This document shows positions 17,024 through 26,542 of a DNA stretch of 64,000 nt, in pieces. A program made the translations under genes and the position numbers. Numbering within the stretch: the first letter of the stretch is position 1; the number at the start of each line of letters is the position of its first letter. The notes below the pieces were generated by a model. That model made no database searches, had not been told where the DNA came from, and saw nothing but the letters and a program-made list of their open reading frames with translations. The DNA is from Clostridia bacterium (GTDB lineage Bacteria; Bacillota; Clostridia; Oscillospirales; Acutalibacteraceae): positions 2,507 to 66,506 of the forward strand of contig JAFTCG010000044.1 in NCBI GenBank assembly GCA_017454815.1, in the 5' to 3' direction.

Positions 17024-19471
17024 TTATGCTTCGACGAAGACGTATTCTTCACCGTCCGCTTTGCAGACATATTTTTTGTCGGAAGAAACCGATCCGTCGA
17101 GCATTTTTTCGGAGAGTCTGTCCTCGATCTGCGACCTGACGGCACGCCTGAGCGGTCTTGCGCCGTAGACGGGATCGAACCCTGCTTTTGCGATCTTTGT
17201 TATGACCTCATCATCGAACGAAAGCTCTATTCCGAGGCTCCTGACTCTGTCGGAGAGGGTTTTCAACATTCTCTTTGCGATCTCCTCGATGTTTTCCTGA
17301 GTCAATTGGTGGAAAACGATAATGTCGTCGACACGGTTGATGAATTCGGGTTTGAAGCAGCGTTTCAGCTCGCCCATAACCTTTTCTTTGATTTTTTCAT
17401 AATCCATCGAGCCATTTTCGCCGCCCGAAAAACCGAGACCGCCCGTTTTGTCGGTTATCAGGCTTGCACCGACGTTTGACGTCATAATTATGATGCTGTT
17501 TTTGAAATCCACGCGCCTGCCCTGCGAGTCGGTGAGGATGCCGTCCTCGAGGATCTGGAGGAGCATGTTGAACACGTCCGGATGCGCTTTTTCGATCTCA
17601 TCAAAAAGGACCACGGAATACGGTTTTCTCCTGATGGCCTCCGTCAGCTGTCCGCCTTCATCGTATCCGACGTATCCGGGCGGCGAGCCGACAAGACGTG
17701 ACACCGTATGTTTTTCCATGTATTCGGACATGTCAAAGCGGATCATTGCGTCCTCATCGCCGAACATTGATTTTGCCAGCGCCTTGCAAAGCTCTGTTTT
17801 GCCAACGCCCGTAGGCCCGAGGAATATGAAAGAGCCTGTCGGTCTCTTGGGGTCTTTCAGCCCGACTCTGCCGCGGCGTATTGCTTTTGAAACAGCCGTG
17901 ACCGCCTCGTCCTGGCCTACGATCCTCTCGTGGAGTTCGCTTTCCATGTTGAGCAGCCGTTCGCTTTCCTCTCTGGTGAGCTGCGCAACGGGTATTCCCG
18001 TCCAGTCGGAAACGATCTGCGCGATGTCCTCCGCGATCACTTCACCCGCGACGCCGGAAGTCTTTTTGCGCTGTTCTTCACGTTCTGTTTCAAGCTTTGC
18101 CGTCACTTCTTTTTCTTCGTCACGCAGTTGAGCTGCGCGCTCAAAGTTTTGCTCTTTTACGGCGGCGTCTTTTTCTCCGATAATGTTTTTGAGCCTGTCT
18201 TCAAGTTCTTTTATTTCAGGCGGGGCAACGTACGCCCTGAGCCTGACCTTGGACGCGGCTTCGTCTATCAGGTCGATCGCCTTGTCGGGCAGGAATCTGT
18301 CGCCGATATATCTGGTCGAAAGCTTTACCGCCGCAACAAGTGCGTCATCCGTTATTTTGACCTTGTGGTGCGCCTCATACTTGTCTTTGAGTCCTTTGAG
18401 TATTTCGAGCGCTTCTTCCTGCGTTGGCTCGCCCACTGTGACGGGCTGGAATCGCCTTTCGAGTGCGGCGTCTTTTTCGATGTGCTTTCTGTATTCGTCG
18501 ATCGTCGTTGCGCCGATAAGTTGGATCTCGCCTCTTGCAAGGGACGGCTTGAGGATATTCGCCGCGTCGACCGCGCCTTCCGCCGAGCCCGCGCCGATGA
18601 GGTTGTGGATCTCGTCGATGAAGAGGATAATGTTTTTGTCTTTTATCACTTCGTCCATGGCGTTTTTGATTCTCTCTTCAAAATCGCCTCGGTATTTTGT
18701 GCCTGCAACCATCCCGGTCAGGTCAAGCGCAAAAACACGCTTTCCTTTGAGGATGTCGGGGATCTCGCCGTTGGCTATCTTCAGCGCAAGACCCTCCGCG
18801 ATCGCAGTTTTTCCGACGCCGGGCTCGCCGATCAGGCACGGGTTGTTTTTTGTCCTCCTGGAGAGAATCTGCACAACTCTGTCGATCTCCTTCTGTCTGC
18901 CGATAACGGGGTCGATCTTGTTTTGCCTTGCAAGCTCAGTCAGATCTCTGCCGAATTTGTCAAGGTTCGGAGTCGAGCTTTTTGTCGATTTATCCTCGCC
19001 TTTTTTGGAGTTGAATGCGCCGGTGCTTTGATCGAACGACTTGTTGAGCGCGGAAACGATCTCCCCTGCGCTCACGCCGAGCTGTGCAAGGATTGCGCAA
19101 GCGTATCCCTCGTTCTCCGACACCACGCACACGAGCAGATGCTCCGTGCCCACCAGCGAATGATTCCTCGAAAATGCGAGCGTTGACGCTTCCTCTATAA
19201 TGTGTTTTGACCTCGGGGTAAGGTCTGCGGGCGTCAGCACGGTGGGCGTGCCGATACCGATGGATGAAGCCACGATCTGCTTTACCTGCTCGATCGTCAC
19301 TCCCTTTGCATTCAGCGCGTCCCGTGCAACGGACTCCACGCTGAGCAGTCCCATGAGAAGATGCTCGCTGCCGATGTATGCGTGGCCGAGCTGCTCCGCG
19401 ACTGCGACGGCGTTGTTCAGCGCCGAGTTTGCTTTTTGTGTGAATCCTGAAAATTGATACATATATTTCAT
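17024..19471 (-). CDS. clpC: ATP-dependent Clp protease ATP-binding subunit ClpC
   Basis: 815 aa with Clp N repeats, two AAA+ modules (GEPGVGKT, GPTGVGKT) and a UVR linker. Confidence 0.95.
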   Translation of the reverse strand: MKYMYQFSGFTQKANSALNNAVAVAEQLGHAYIGSEHLLMGLLSVESVARDALNAKGVTIEQVKQIVASSIGIGTPTVLTPADLTPRSKHIIEEASTLAFSRNHSLVGTEHLLVCVVSENEGYACAILAQLGVSAGEIVSALNKSFDQSTGAFNSKKGEDKSTKSSTPNLDKFGRDLTELARQNKIDPVIGRQKEIDRVVQILSRRTKNNPCLIGEPGVGKTAIAEGLALKIANGEIPDILKGKRVFALDLTGMVAGTKYRGDFEERIKNAMDEVIKDKNIILFIDEIHNLIGAGSAEGAVDAANILKPSLARGEIQLIGATTIDEYRKHIEKDAALERRFQPVTVGEPTQEEALEILKGLKDKYEAHHKVKITDDALVAAVKLSTRYIGDRFLPDKAIDLIDEAASKVRLRAYVAPPEIKELEDRLKNIIGEKDAAVKEQNFERAAQLRDEEKEVTAKLETEREEQRKKTSGVAGEVIAEDIAQIVSDWTGIPVAQLTREESERLLNMESELHERIVGQDEAVTAVSKAIRRGRVGLKDPKRPTGSFIFLGPTGVGKTELCKALAKSMFGDEDAMIRFDMSEYMEKHTVSRLVGSPPGYVGYDEGGQLTEAIRRKPYSVVLFDEIEKAHPDVFNMLLQILEDGILTDSQGRRVDFKNSIIIMTSNVGASLITDKTGGLGFSGGENGSMDYEKIKEKVMGELKRCFKPEFINRVDDIIVFHQLTQENIEEIAKRMLKTLSDRVRSLGIELSFDDEVITKIAKAGFDPVYGARPLRRAVRSQIEDRLSEKMLDGSVSSDKKYVCKADGEEYVFVEA

Positions 19472-19562
19472 GCCTTTCTGCCCTTGATTTTTAAGTCAGT
19501 AACTGCGCTGCACATCCCTGCGGGCAGCGGGGGTGCAGCCCGGTACTCGGGCGGCATGTTTT

Positions 19563-20570
19563 TTATCCGCCCAATGCTTCCCTGATCTCTTTCGCTCTGA
19601 CAGCGTCCCGCTTTGCCGCGGTGAAATTCTCCTTGTGCCTTGCGTTGATCGTTGCCGGCTGGAGCGAAACCGTAAGCTCGTTGATTTTTTCGACGTCAAC
19701 GTCGAGAATGTTCTGCGAAACGCCTACCCTGACAAGCGAAATAAGCTGCATGAATTCCGCGCAACTCATCTTCCTTGCAAATTTCAGCAATCCGAAAGCC
19801 CTCCAGATGCTGTCGACAAAATCATCGTTTTGGGTAAGCTCTTTTCTGGCATTTCTCTCCTGCTGAATTATCTGTTTTGCAATTGATGCAAGGTTTGTCA
19901 GCGCCTCTTTTTCGCTGATACCCAGCGTGATCTGGTTGCTCAGCTGATAGATGTCGCCGGTGTGGGAAGTTCCCTCGCCGTATGCGCCCCTGATGGTCAG
20001 CCCGAGCTTGGAAACGGTCGAAGCAAGCCTTGAGATCACACCTTGTTTCGTCAGCGCGGGAAGATGAAGCATCAGCGACGCCCTCATTCCCGTTCCAAGG
20101 TTTGTGACGCATTGCGTCAGGTAACCGAGCCTTTCGTCAAACGCAATGTTCAGCTTTGAGGAAAGCTCGTTGTCGATCCTGTCGGCTTTTTCGTAAGCTT
20201 CCTCGAGCGCAAATCCCGCTTCCATAACCTGAAGCCTGATATGGTCTTCCTCGTTGAGCATGATGCTTACGTCCTCGTCGTCGGACAAAATCAGCGCTCT
20301 GCCGTTTGGCGCAGTCGTGTATTCCGGGCTGATGAGATGCCTTTCAACCATGGAGATCTTCTGCGTGTCCGTCAGGCTTTTCATCTCTATGAAAGAAAAC
20401 TTTGTGTCGAGCGGAAGGATCACATCCCTGATCTTCTCGTTGAGCTGCATTCTTCTTTCGTCGTCAAGTTTTTCCACAAAGGGATAATCCGTAACGTTTC
20501 TTGCAAGTCGCACTCTCGTGCTGAGGACTACGTCGCCGTCTTTTCCCTGTCCGATATACCATTTACTCAT
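19563..20570 (-). CDS. mcsB: Protein arginine kinase McsB
   Basis: Phosphagen-kinase-like motifs (EEDHIRLQ, NLGTGMRAS). Overlaps mcsA by 4 nt. Confidence 0.9.
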   Translation of the reverse strand: MSKWYIGQGKDGDVVLSTRVRLARNVTDYPFVEKLDDERRMQLNEKIRDVILPLDTKFSFIEMKSLTDTQKISMVERHLISPEYTTAPNGRALILSDDEDVSIMLNEEDHIRLQVMEAGFALEEAYEKADRIDNELSSKLNIAFDERLGYLTQCVTNLGTGMRASLMLHLPALTKQGVISRLASTVSKLGLTIRGAYGEGTSHTGDIYQLSNQITLGISEKEALTNLASIAKQIIQQERNARKELTQNDDFVDSIWRAFGLLKFARKMSCAEFMQLISLVRVGVSQNILDVDVEKINELTVSLQPATINARHKENFTAAKRDAVRAKEIREALGG

Positions 20571-21082
20571 TGATTTTCCGCCTCGCTTTCAAGTGATTTG
20601 ATCTCATCGCGCAGCTTTGCCGCTTCTTCAAACTCCTGCTTTTCGACAGATTGCTGAAGCTTTTCCTTCAGCCTTGAGATCTTTTCTTCAACGCTCGTCT
20701 GTACCGATCCCCCGGCAACAGGGCTGATCGCTTTTCCGCTGTGCCTTGTTTTGCCGTGAATTCTTCTGATCGACGGGATCAGCAGATCGTAAAACTTTTC
20801 ATAGCATTCGGCGCAGCCGATCTTTCCGCTTTTTACTATTTCCCTGAAAGATGTGCCGCATTTTGGGCATCTTTCGGAGCTGCCCGATTCTATCGCCGCT
20901 TTCGGCTGAGAGAAAAAGCTCGGGAAAAAGCTGCTAAGGTCAAATCCGAATCCCGAAAAAGAATCCGTGTATCCCGATTTCCTTGCACAGTCGGAGCAGA
21001 GGTAGATCTCCTCAAATTCTCCGTTTATGACCTGTTTGATGTGAGTTGTTGCTTCGTGTTTTCCGCATTTTTGACATAACAT
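20567..21082 (-). CDS. mcsA: McsA (UvrB/UvrC-motif protein, activator of McsB)
   Basis: Four CxxC pairs at the N-terminus and a C-terminal UVR motif (FEEAAKLRDEIK). Confidence 0.85.
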   Translation of the reverse strand: MLCQKCGKHEATTHIKQVINGEFEEIYLCSDCARKSGYTDSFSGFGFDLSSFFPSFFSQPKAAIESGSSERCPKCGTSFREIVKSGKIGCAECYEKFYDLLIPSIRRIHGKTRHSGKAISPVAGGSVQTSVEEKISRLKEKLQQSVEKQEFEEAAKLRDEIKSLESEAENQ

Positions 21083-21098
21083 AATCGTTTACCTCCTA

Positions 21099-21548
21099 TT
21101 ATTTCGTTGTTGACAAAAGCATATATTTAAAAATCGACGCTCTGACCCTGTCCTTTTGCGGTGCTTCGACAGGTCTTAAGGCGGCGTCGCTTGTTGCCGC
21201 TGTCATAAGTTTTGCCGTTTCGGCGTTCAGGATGTTTTGATAGTGAAGGTTGTAGATGTGCGCTCTGCACGACTTTTCGTCGATCTCGTCTCCGACGGAG
21301 TTGATCACTCCCATCACCGCCACCGACCTGTCGCTGACAACGCGGCTGATCCGGATATATCCGCCGCCGCCTCTTCGACTTTCGACGATATACCCTCTTT
21401 CGGGCGTGAATCTGGACGAGATGACATAGTTGATCTGGCTCGGAACGCACCCGAGAGTTTGCGCCATTTCGTTGCGCTGGATCTCGGTGCTCCCTTCATC
21501 GTCTATCATTTCCATAATCATTTTTGCGATCATATTGCTGAGATTCAT
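21099..21548 (-). CDS. ctsR: Class III stress-gene repressor CtsR
   Basis: CtsR wHTH (GYIVESRRGGGGYIRI). ATG at 21548 lies 8 nt after the AGAAGG RBS. First gene of the ctsR-mcsA-mcsB-clpC operon. Confidence 0.9.
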   Translation of the reverse strand: MNLSNMIAKMIMEMIDDEGSTEIQRNEMAQTLGCVPSQINYVISSRFTPERGYIVESRRGGGGYIRISRVVSDRSVAVMGVINSVGDEIDEKSCRAHIYNLHYQNILNAETAKLMTAATSDAALRPVEAPQKDRVRASIFKYMLLSTTK

Positions 21549-21580
21549 TTTTGTCACCTTCTAAAGTTTTTAAACTTGTT

Positions 21581-21659
21581 TTTGACTTTGACTTTCTTTG
21601 ACCTTATGCTTATATTATAGCAGGCTTTGCGAAAACCTCAAAGGTCAAAAAAGGTCAAA
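21581..21659 (-). promoter_or_regulatory. ctsR promoter with two CtsR operators
   Basis: Reverse strand carries GGTCAAAGAAAGTCAAAGTCAAA (21581-21603), downstream of a TATAAT at 21613-21618. A second box, GGTCAAAAAAGGTCAAA on the plus strand (21643-21659), overlaps the -35 TTGACC (21643-21648). Both match the CtsR heptad repeat A/GGTCAAA-N3-A/GGTCAAA. Confidence 0.8.
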
Positions 21660-22806
21660 AATGATGTTTAACTTTAAAATATCTCTCCTGATCTATTGTT
21701 TTCTCGTTTTTTCTTAAATTTTTAAGATTTTTCAAATTAAAGCTTTTTTGGGAGAACTGACCTTCGGTTCCCCTTGTTTCCTCAAAGTCGACTATCAGAA
21801 TTGCGCACATCAGGAGCAATCCCGCGCAAGCCGCGGCGTTCGAGGTCATCGCTGCGCTGACCTTTTCGGGCGACGACGCAAGAGTTTGAACAGCGCAAGG
21901 AAATATCCTGACAAGAATTGCGCAGATCCCGGAAGCCAGCACTCCGTTAAGAAGCCTGAAAAAGAAAAACGTCGTTTTTTTCATTTCCGATTTTACAACC
22001 GCATGAAAAACCTGGCAGTGGACACATACCCCTCCCCATCCGATAACGAGCGCCGTGACGGGCAGCGGATAACCCGACGAGATTTTGCATCCAATGCTGA
22101 CCTCCAGAAACATCATCGCTTTTTCGGCGTTCTGCGAAACGAAAGCCCCGACGCAGGAAAAAACTATGATCCAGCCGCAAATCGAAACCATGCTCTGCGC
22201 TGCGTCGAAAACGCTCCCGACGAGGCTTGAAGAAAAGTCCGGGACATTTGTTTGAAACGAAGCCGCTGTTTCGCTTTTCATTACGAAACGTGTAAGAACA
22301 AATACCGTAACGGCGGACAACGTGAGCGAAGCAAAAATGATCGCCCCTGCGCGGCGGCTTTGGAACATTTCGGCTCCGACCGCTCCGATGACGAACGCAG
22401 GCCCTGCGTTGACGCAACACGTCATCAGCCTTGCACCCTCGGATTTTGTGATTTTCCCTTCGCCGGTCAATTTTGAAACAAGACTTGCTCCGACGGGGAA
22501 TCCCGAAAACAAGCTAATCAGAAAAACCGCCGCTGCATTTCCCGACAACCCGAACAGCTTTGAGGCGATCGTGTCCGCCTTTCTCCCCGGATAGTCGATC
22601 GCTCCGCTCCTGAGCAAAAACGATGTCAGCACCAGAAGCGGAAACAAAGTCGGTATCATCGTTGAAACACACAGCTCGAGCCCGTCTTTTGCCGCATTTG
22701 AAATTTTCTGCGGGAAGGCTGTTGCCGCCCCCATCATAACGACGCACACGAAGATTATCGCCGTGCTGTAGATACCGTTTTTGTGTTTTTCAAGCATTCT
22801 CATCAC
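21655..22806 (-). CDS. ylbJ: Sporulation integral membrane protein YlbJ (nucleoside-recognition domain)
   Basis: 383 aa and polytopic. N-terminus ...ELCVSTMIPTLFPLLVL is typical of YlbJ. Its 3' end overlaps the ctsR -35/operator. Confidence 0.7.
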   Translation of the reverse strand: MMRMLEKHKNGIYSTAIIFVCVVMMGAATAFPQKISNAAKDGLELCVSTMIPTLFPLLVLTSFLLRSGAIDYPGRKADTIASKLFGLSGNAAAVFLISLFSGFPVGASLVSKLTGEGKITKSEGARLMTCCVNAGPAFVIGAVGAEMFQSRRAGAIIFASLTLSAVTVFVLTRFVMKSETAASFQTNVPDFSSSLVGSVFDAAQSMVSICGWIIVFSCVGAFVSQNAEKAMMFLEVSIGCKISSGYPLPVTALVIGWGGVCVHCQVFHAVVKSEMKKTTFFFFRLLNGVLASGICAILVRIFPCAVQTLASSPEKVSAAMTSNAAACAGLLLMCAILIVDFEETRGTEGQFSQKSFNLKNLKNLRKNEKTIDQERYFKVKHHF

Positions 22807-22881
22807 CCATTTAAAATATCTATGTCGCCGACGTAATTTTTATTGACGAAAGGTCATAAATTTAGCATAGGGGTGATAGTT

Positions 22882-23175
22882 TTGTCGAAAAAGAAAAAAC
22901 CGTCTGCGCCTTCGCTGACGGCAAAGGATATGCTTTGCGAAAAGCTGGATCTTCCGCTGAGCGTTGTCGGCGATCTGAGCTACATGGAGATCCTCGGCAA
23001 CAGCAAGGTTGTCCTCGACGGATGCAAGGGCGTTCTCGAATACAGCGAGGAGAGCGTTTGCCTTAATCTTTCGAGGGGTACGATACGCTTTTGCGGGAGC
23101 GGTCTTTGCCTGCGCGCGCTCAACTTTGAGCAGGCGATAATCAACGGACAAATCAACACGATCGAATTCAGGTGA
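22882..23175 (+). CDS. yqfC: Sporulation protein YqfC (YabP/YqfC family)
   Basis: ...LPLSVVGDLSYMEILGNSKVVLDGCKGVLEYSEESV... Probable TTG start at 22882, 8 nt after AGGGGTG. The longest ORF begins at 22843. Confidence 0.8.
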   Translation: MSKKKKPSAPSLTAKDMLCEKLDLPLSVVGDLSYMEILGNSKVVLDGCKGVLEYSEESVCLNLSRGTIRFCGSGLCLRALNFEQAIINGQINTIEFR

Positions 23176-23179
23176 AAAA

Positions 23180-24373
23180 ATGATTCTGGTAAAACTTACA
23201 AACTTCCTGCTCGGCTACGTCGTCTTTTGCGCCCGGGGAGGACTTTCGGAGCGGTTTATCAACCTGTGCTCCAACAACAGCGTTTTTATCTGGGACGTCC
23301 GTCGCAAGGGTGACTGCGTTTACGGCTGCGTTGAAGCGGCGGACTACAGGGCTCTGCGAGCTTTTGCAAAAAAGACGGGCATGACCCTGCGCGCCGAAAA
23401 AAAGATCGGGCTTCCTTTTTTGATTTTTCACAACAAGCACCGGCTCGCTCTGCCTGTCGCCGCAGTGATCTTTGCGGCCGTTTTTTTCATGATGTCAAAA
23501 TTTATCTGGACGGTTGAAGTCGTCGGCAACGAAAACATTCCTTCCGAGGACATCATCGCTGTTTTTGAGGAACTCGGCGTGAAGGCGGGAAAACTCAAAA
23601 GCTCGATCGATGCCGGAAAAGTATCCGACGAAGCTCTGCTGAAGATCGACGGGATAGATTGGGCTTTCGTCAACTTCAACGGGAGCAACGCCTCGATAGA
23701 AGTCAGGGAGAAAACAGACGTTCCGGAAATCAGGGAAAACTCCGACATCCCCACGAACATTGTCTCCTCTGTCGACGGGGTGGTGAAAAGGATAGACCTC
23801 TACAAAGGCACAAAATGTGTCAACGTCGGCGACGCAGTCATGCAGGGAGACGTTCTTGTGACGGGAGTCGTAACAAATATGGACACAAGCGTCAGCTTCT
23901 GCCGGGCGCAGGCTTACGTCAGCGTTCAGACAAACCTGATAATCTCTCAGCAGGTCAGGCGCAATTGCTTTTCGAGGGTTTACACAAAGTCGAAAAAGCG
24001 CTACGTTCTTTCATTTTTCTCGCTTGAAATACCGCTGAATTTTTTGTTCCCCGTCAAAGGCGAATACGATTATTTTGAAAGCTCATGTTTTCTTGAGTCA
24101 AACGGTAAAAAGCTTCCCATCGGGATCGTTTGTCAGCGATATAACTGCTTTGAGAGGAAAACCGTCGCCGTTCCGGAAAAACTTGCGAGATTAAGCGCGA
24201 TCGAATCTTTTATGGACGAAGCGTCAAAAACTTTCTCCGACAAGCTCGTCCTTTCAGGCCACGTCGATGTTGGAAAAAAAGAGGTCTCAGGCAGTTTTGA
24301 GGTGATCCGAAGCGCAGGAGAGTCAAGAACAATGGATGTCGTACTCTCCGATGATGAAGTTGATCAAGAATAG
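23180..24373 (+). CDS. yqfD: Sporulation protein YqfD
   Basis: 397 aa immediately after yqfC, with a single TM segment and the conserved YqfD layout. Confidence 0.8.
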   Translation: MILVKLTNFLLGYVVFCARGGLSERFINLCSNNSVFIWDVRRKGDCVYGCVEAADYRALRAFAKKTGMTLRAEKKIGLPFLIFHNKHRLALPVAAVIFAAVFFMMSKFIWTVEVVGNENIPSEDIIAVFEELGVKAGKLKSSIDAGKVSDEALLKIDGIDWAFVNFNGSNASIEVREKTDVPEIRENSDIPTNIVSSVDGVVKRIDLYKGTKCVNVGDAVMQGDVLVTGVVTNMDTSVSFCRAQAYVSVQTNLIISQQVRRNCFSRVYTKSKKRYVLSFFSLEIPLNFLFPVKGEYDYFESSCFLESNGKKLPIGIVCQRYNCFERKTVAVPEKLARLSAIESFMDEASKTFSDKLVLSGHVDVGKKEVSGSFEVIRSAGESRTMDVVLSDDEVDQE

Positions 24374-24487
24374 CCGCAAATTTTTTATGTATATTGTATA
24401 GTTTTTTTTAAAAAATATAGTGACTTTTACTGTTTTCTATGTTATAATAGTGAAAAATACAATGGTTTTATGATAACCTGAAGAAGT

Positions 24488-25456
24488 GTGGCGAACAAAA
24501 TGTTTGAACAAATCATCAATATCGAACGTATGGAGCACGCCGTCAGCCTTTTCGGCAGCTTCGACGAAAACATCAAGCTCATCGAAAGCGATTTCAACGT
24601 CAGCGTTGTCAGTCGCGGCTCCGAGCTGAAGATCACGGGCGACGCCGAGAACGTATCTCTTGCGGCGAGGGCGATCTCCGGGCTGATGCAGCTCATCGGA
24701 AAGGGCGAAACGCTCAATGAGCAGAACGTTCGCTACGTCATCTCTCTCGTCAGGGACGGAAACGACGACAAGCTTTCCTCGATGTCAAACGACTGCATCT
24801 GCATTTCCGCAAAAGGAAAGCCCGTCAAGCCCAAAACCCTCGGCCAGAAGAAATACGTCGAATCGATCAAAAAGAACACCGTCGTTTTCGGAGTCGGCCC
24901 TGCCGGAACAGGCAAAACCTACCTTGCGGTCGCCATGGCGGTGACGGCTTTCCGTTCCAAGGAGGTCAACAGGATCATCCTGACGCGGCCTGCCGTTGAA
25001 GCCGGCGAAAAGCTCGGTTTTTTGCCCGGCGATCTCCAGCAGAAGGTCGACCCTTACCTGCGTCCCCTTTACGACGCTCTGTTCGATATGCTCGGCTCGG
25101 AAAACTTCCAGCGCTATCAGGAGCGCGGCAACATTGAGGTCGCTCCGCTCGCCTACATGAGGGGCAGGACGCTCGACGACAGTTTTATCATCCTCGATGA
25201 GGCGCAGAACACCACAAGGGAGCAGATGAAGATGTTCCTGACGCGTCTTGGCTTCAACTCCAAAATGGTCGTCACCGGCGACATCACGCAGATCGACCTG
25301 CCCGACGGAAAAAAATCAGGTCTTGTCGAAGCTACGAGGATCCTAAAAAACATCGAAGGCATCGACACAATTCGTTTCTCGGAAAAGGACGTCGTAAGGC
25401 ACAGGCTTGTTCAGGATATAATCAAGGCATACAAAACAACGGAGGGATCAAAATGA
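24488..25456 (+). CDS. phoH: PhoH-family ATPase
   Basis: Walker A GPAGTGKTYLA and Walker B FIILDEAQN. The start could be the GTG at 24488 or the ATG at 24500. Confidence 0.9.
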   Translation: MANKMFEQIINIERMEHAVSLFGSFDENIKLIESDFNVSVVSRGSELKITGDAENVSLAARAISGLMQLIGKGETLNEQNVRYVISLVRDGNDDKLSSMSNDCICISAKGKPVKPKTLGQKKYVESIKKNTVVFGVGPAGTGKTYLAVAMAVTAFRSKEVNRIILTRPAVEAGEKLGFLPGDLQQKVDPYLRPLYDALFDMLGSENFQRYQERGNIEVAPLAYMRGRTLDDSFIILDEAQNTTREQMKMFLTRLGFNSKMVVTGDITQIDLPDGKKSGLVEATRILKNIEGIDTIRFSEKDVVRHRLVQDIIKAYKTTEGSK

Positions 25457-25959
25457 AAGACAAAATCAAAGTCATCATCACCAACGACCAGAAAAAAGTG
25501 AAAATCCCCACGGGCATACATATGCTCATTCGCCGTTGCTGTATCGCGGTAATCACATATGAGGGGCTTAAAGGCTCGTGCGAGATCAGCGTCAGATTTG
25601 TTGACAACGAGGAGATCCAACGCCTCAACAAGCAGTACCGTAACGTTGACGCTCCGACCGACGTTCTCTCCTTCCCCCTGGGCATCGACGGCGTTTATGA
25701 CATTAACCATGAGACAGGCTCGCAAATGCTCGGCGACATCGTGATCTGCGCCGAAAAAGCCTTTGAACAGGCTGAAGAATTCGGCCATTCTCTCCAAAGG
25801 GAAATCGGATTCCTTACGGTGCACTCCATGCTTCATCTGCTCGGCTATGACCATGAGACGGGCACGATCGAGGCTGTAAAAATGAGAGAAAAGGAAGAAA
25901 AAGTTCTCTCCGACCTCGGGCTCAAGAGAAACGGCAGCTACTACATGGGAGACGAATGA
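25453..25959 (+). CDS. ybeY: rRNA maturation endoribonuclease YbeY
   Basis: HSMLHLLGYDH zinc motif. 4-nt overlap with phoH. Confidence 0.9.
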   Translation: MKDKIKVIITNDQKKVKIPTGIHMLIRRCCIAVITYEGLKGSCEISVRFVDNEEIQRLNKQYRNVDAPTDVLSFPLGIDGVYDINHETGSQMLGDIVICAEKAFEQAEEFGHSLQREIGFLTVHSMLHLLGYDHETGTIEAVKMREKEEKVLSDLGLKRNGSYYMGDE

Positions 25960-25963
25960 TCTT

Positions 25964-26443
25964 ATGAAGGAATTTTGCAAGGGATTCGTCTACGCTTTCA
26001 GCGGCATTTTTCGCGCTTGTCTGGAAGAAAAGAATATGCGTTTTCATCTTACTCTGAGCGCATATATGTACTGCTATCTTTTGTTATATGATTTTTTCAC
26101 GCTTTCAAAGGGCGATTGGGTGGCAATAGTCCTTGCGACAGTGCTCGTGATCTCGGCGGAGCTGTTCAACACCGCTTTGGAGAAAACCGTTGACTTGTGC
26201 ACTCAGGAGATCCACCCTCTTGCGAAATATGCAAAGGACGCTTCCGCCGGAGCGGTGCTGGTCTGCGCCATAGGCGCGATCGTCGTGGGATTGATCGTCC
26301 TGTGGCAGCCGGAAGCGTTTGAAAAAATGTTCGCTTACTATAAATCACACATTTACATGTTCATCGTTCTGCTCGTCAGTTTGGCGGTGTCTGTCGTTTT
26401 CGTCCTGAAGGCTCCCAAAAAACGCGTCCGCAGTGACGGTTGA
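25964..26443 (+). CDS. dgkA: Diacylglycerol/undecaprenol kinase DgkA family
   Basis: 159 aa with three TM segments and the EL(F)NTALE motif. Confidence 0.85.
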   Translation: MKEFCKGFVYAFSGIFRACLEEKNMRFHLTLSAYMYCYLLLYDFFTLSKGDWVAIVLATVLVISAELFNTALEKTVDLCTQEIHPLAKYAKDASAGAVLVCAIGAIVVGLIVLWQPEAFEKMFAYYKSHIYMFIVLLVSLAVSVVFVLKAPKKRVRSDG

Positions 26444-26456
26444 CCGAAATTTATGT

Positions 26457-26480
26457 GGGCAAGTTGACTTGCCCTTTTTT
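26457..26480 (+). terminator. Rho-independent terminator after dgkA
   Basis: GGGCAAG-TTGA-CTTGCCC followed by T6. Confidence 0.7.
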
Positions 26481-26542
26481 GATGCTCCTGTTTACCCGCT
26501 TTCTGATGAATGCAGGAATCACGAAAGAAAGGTTATGAGACC

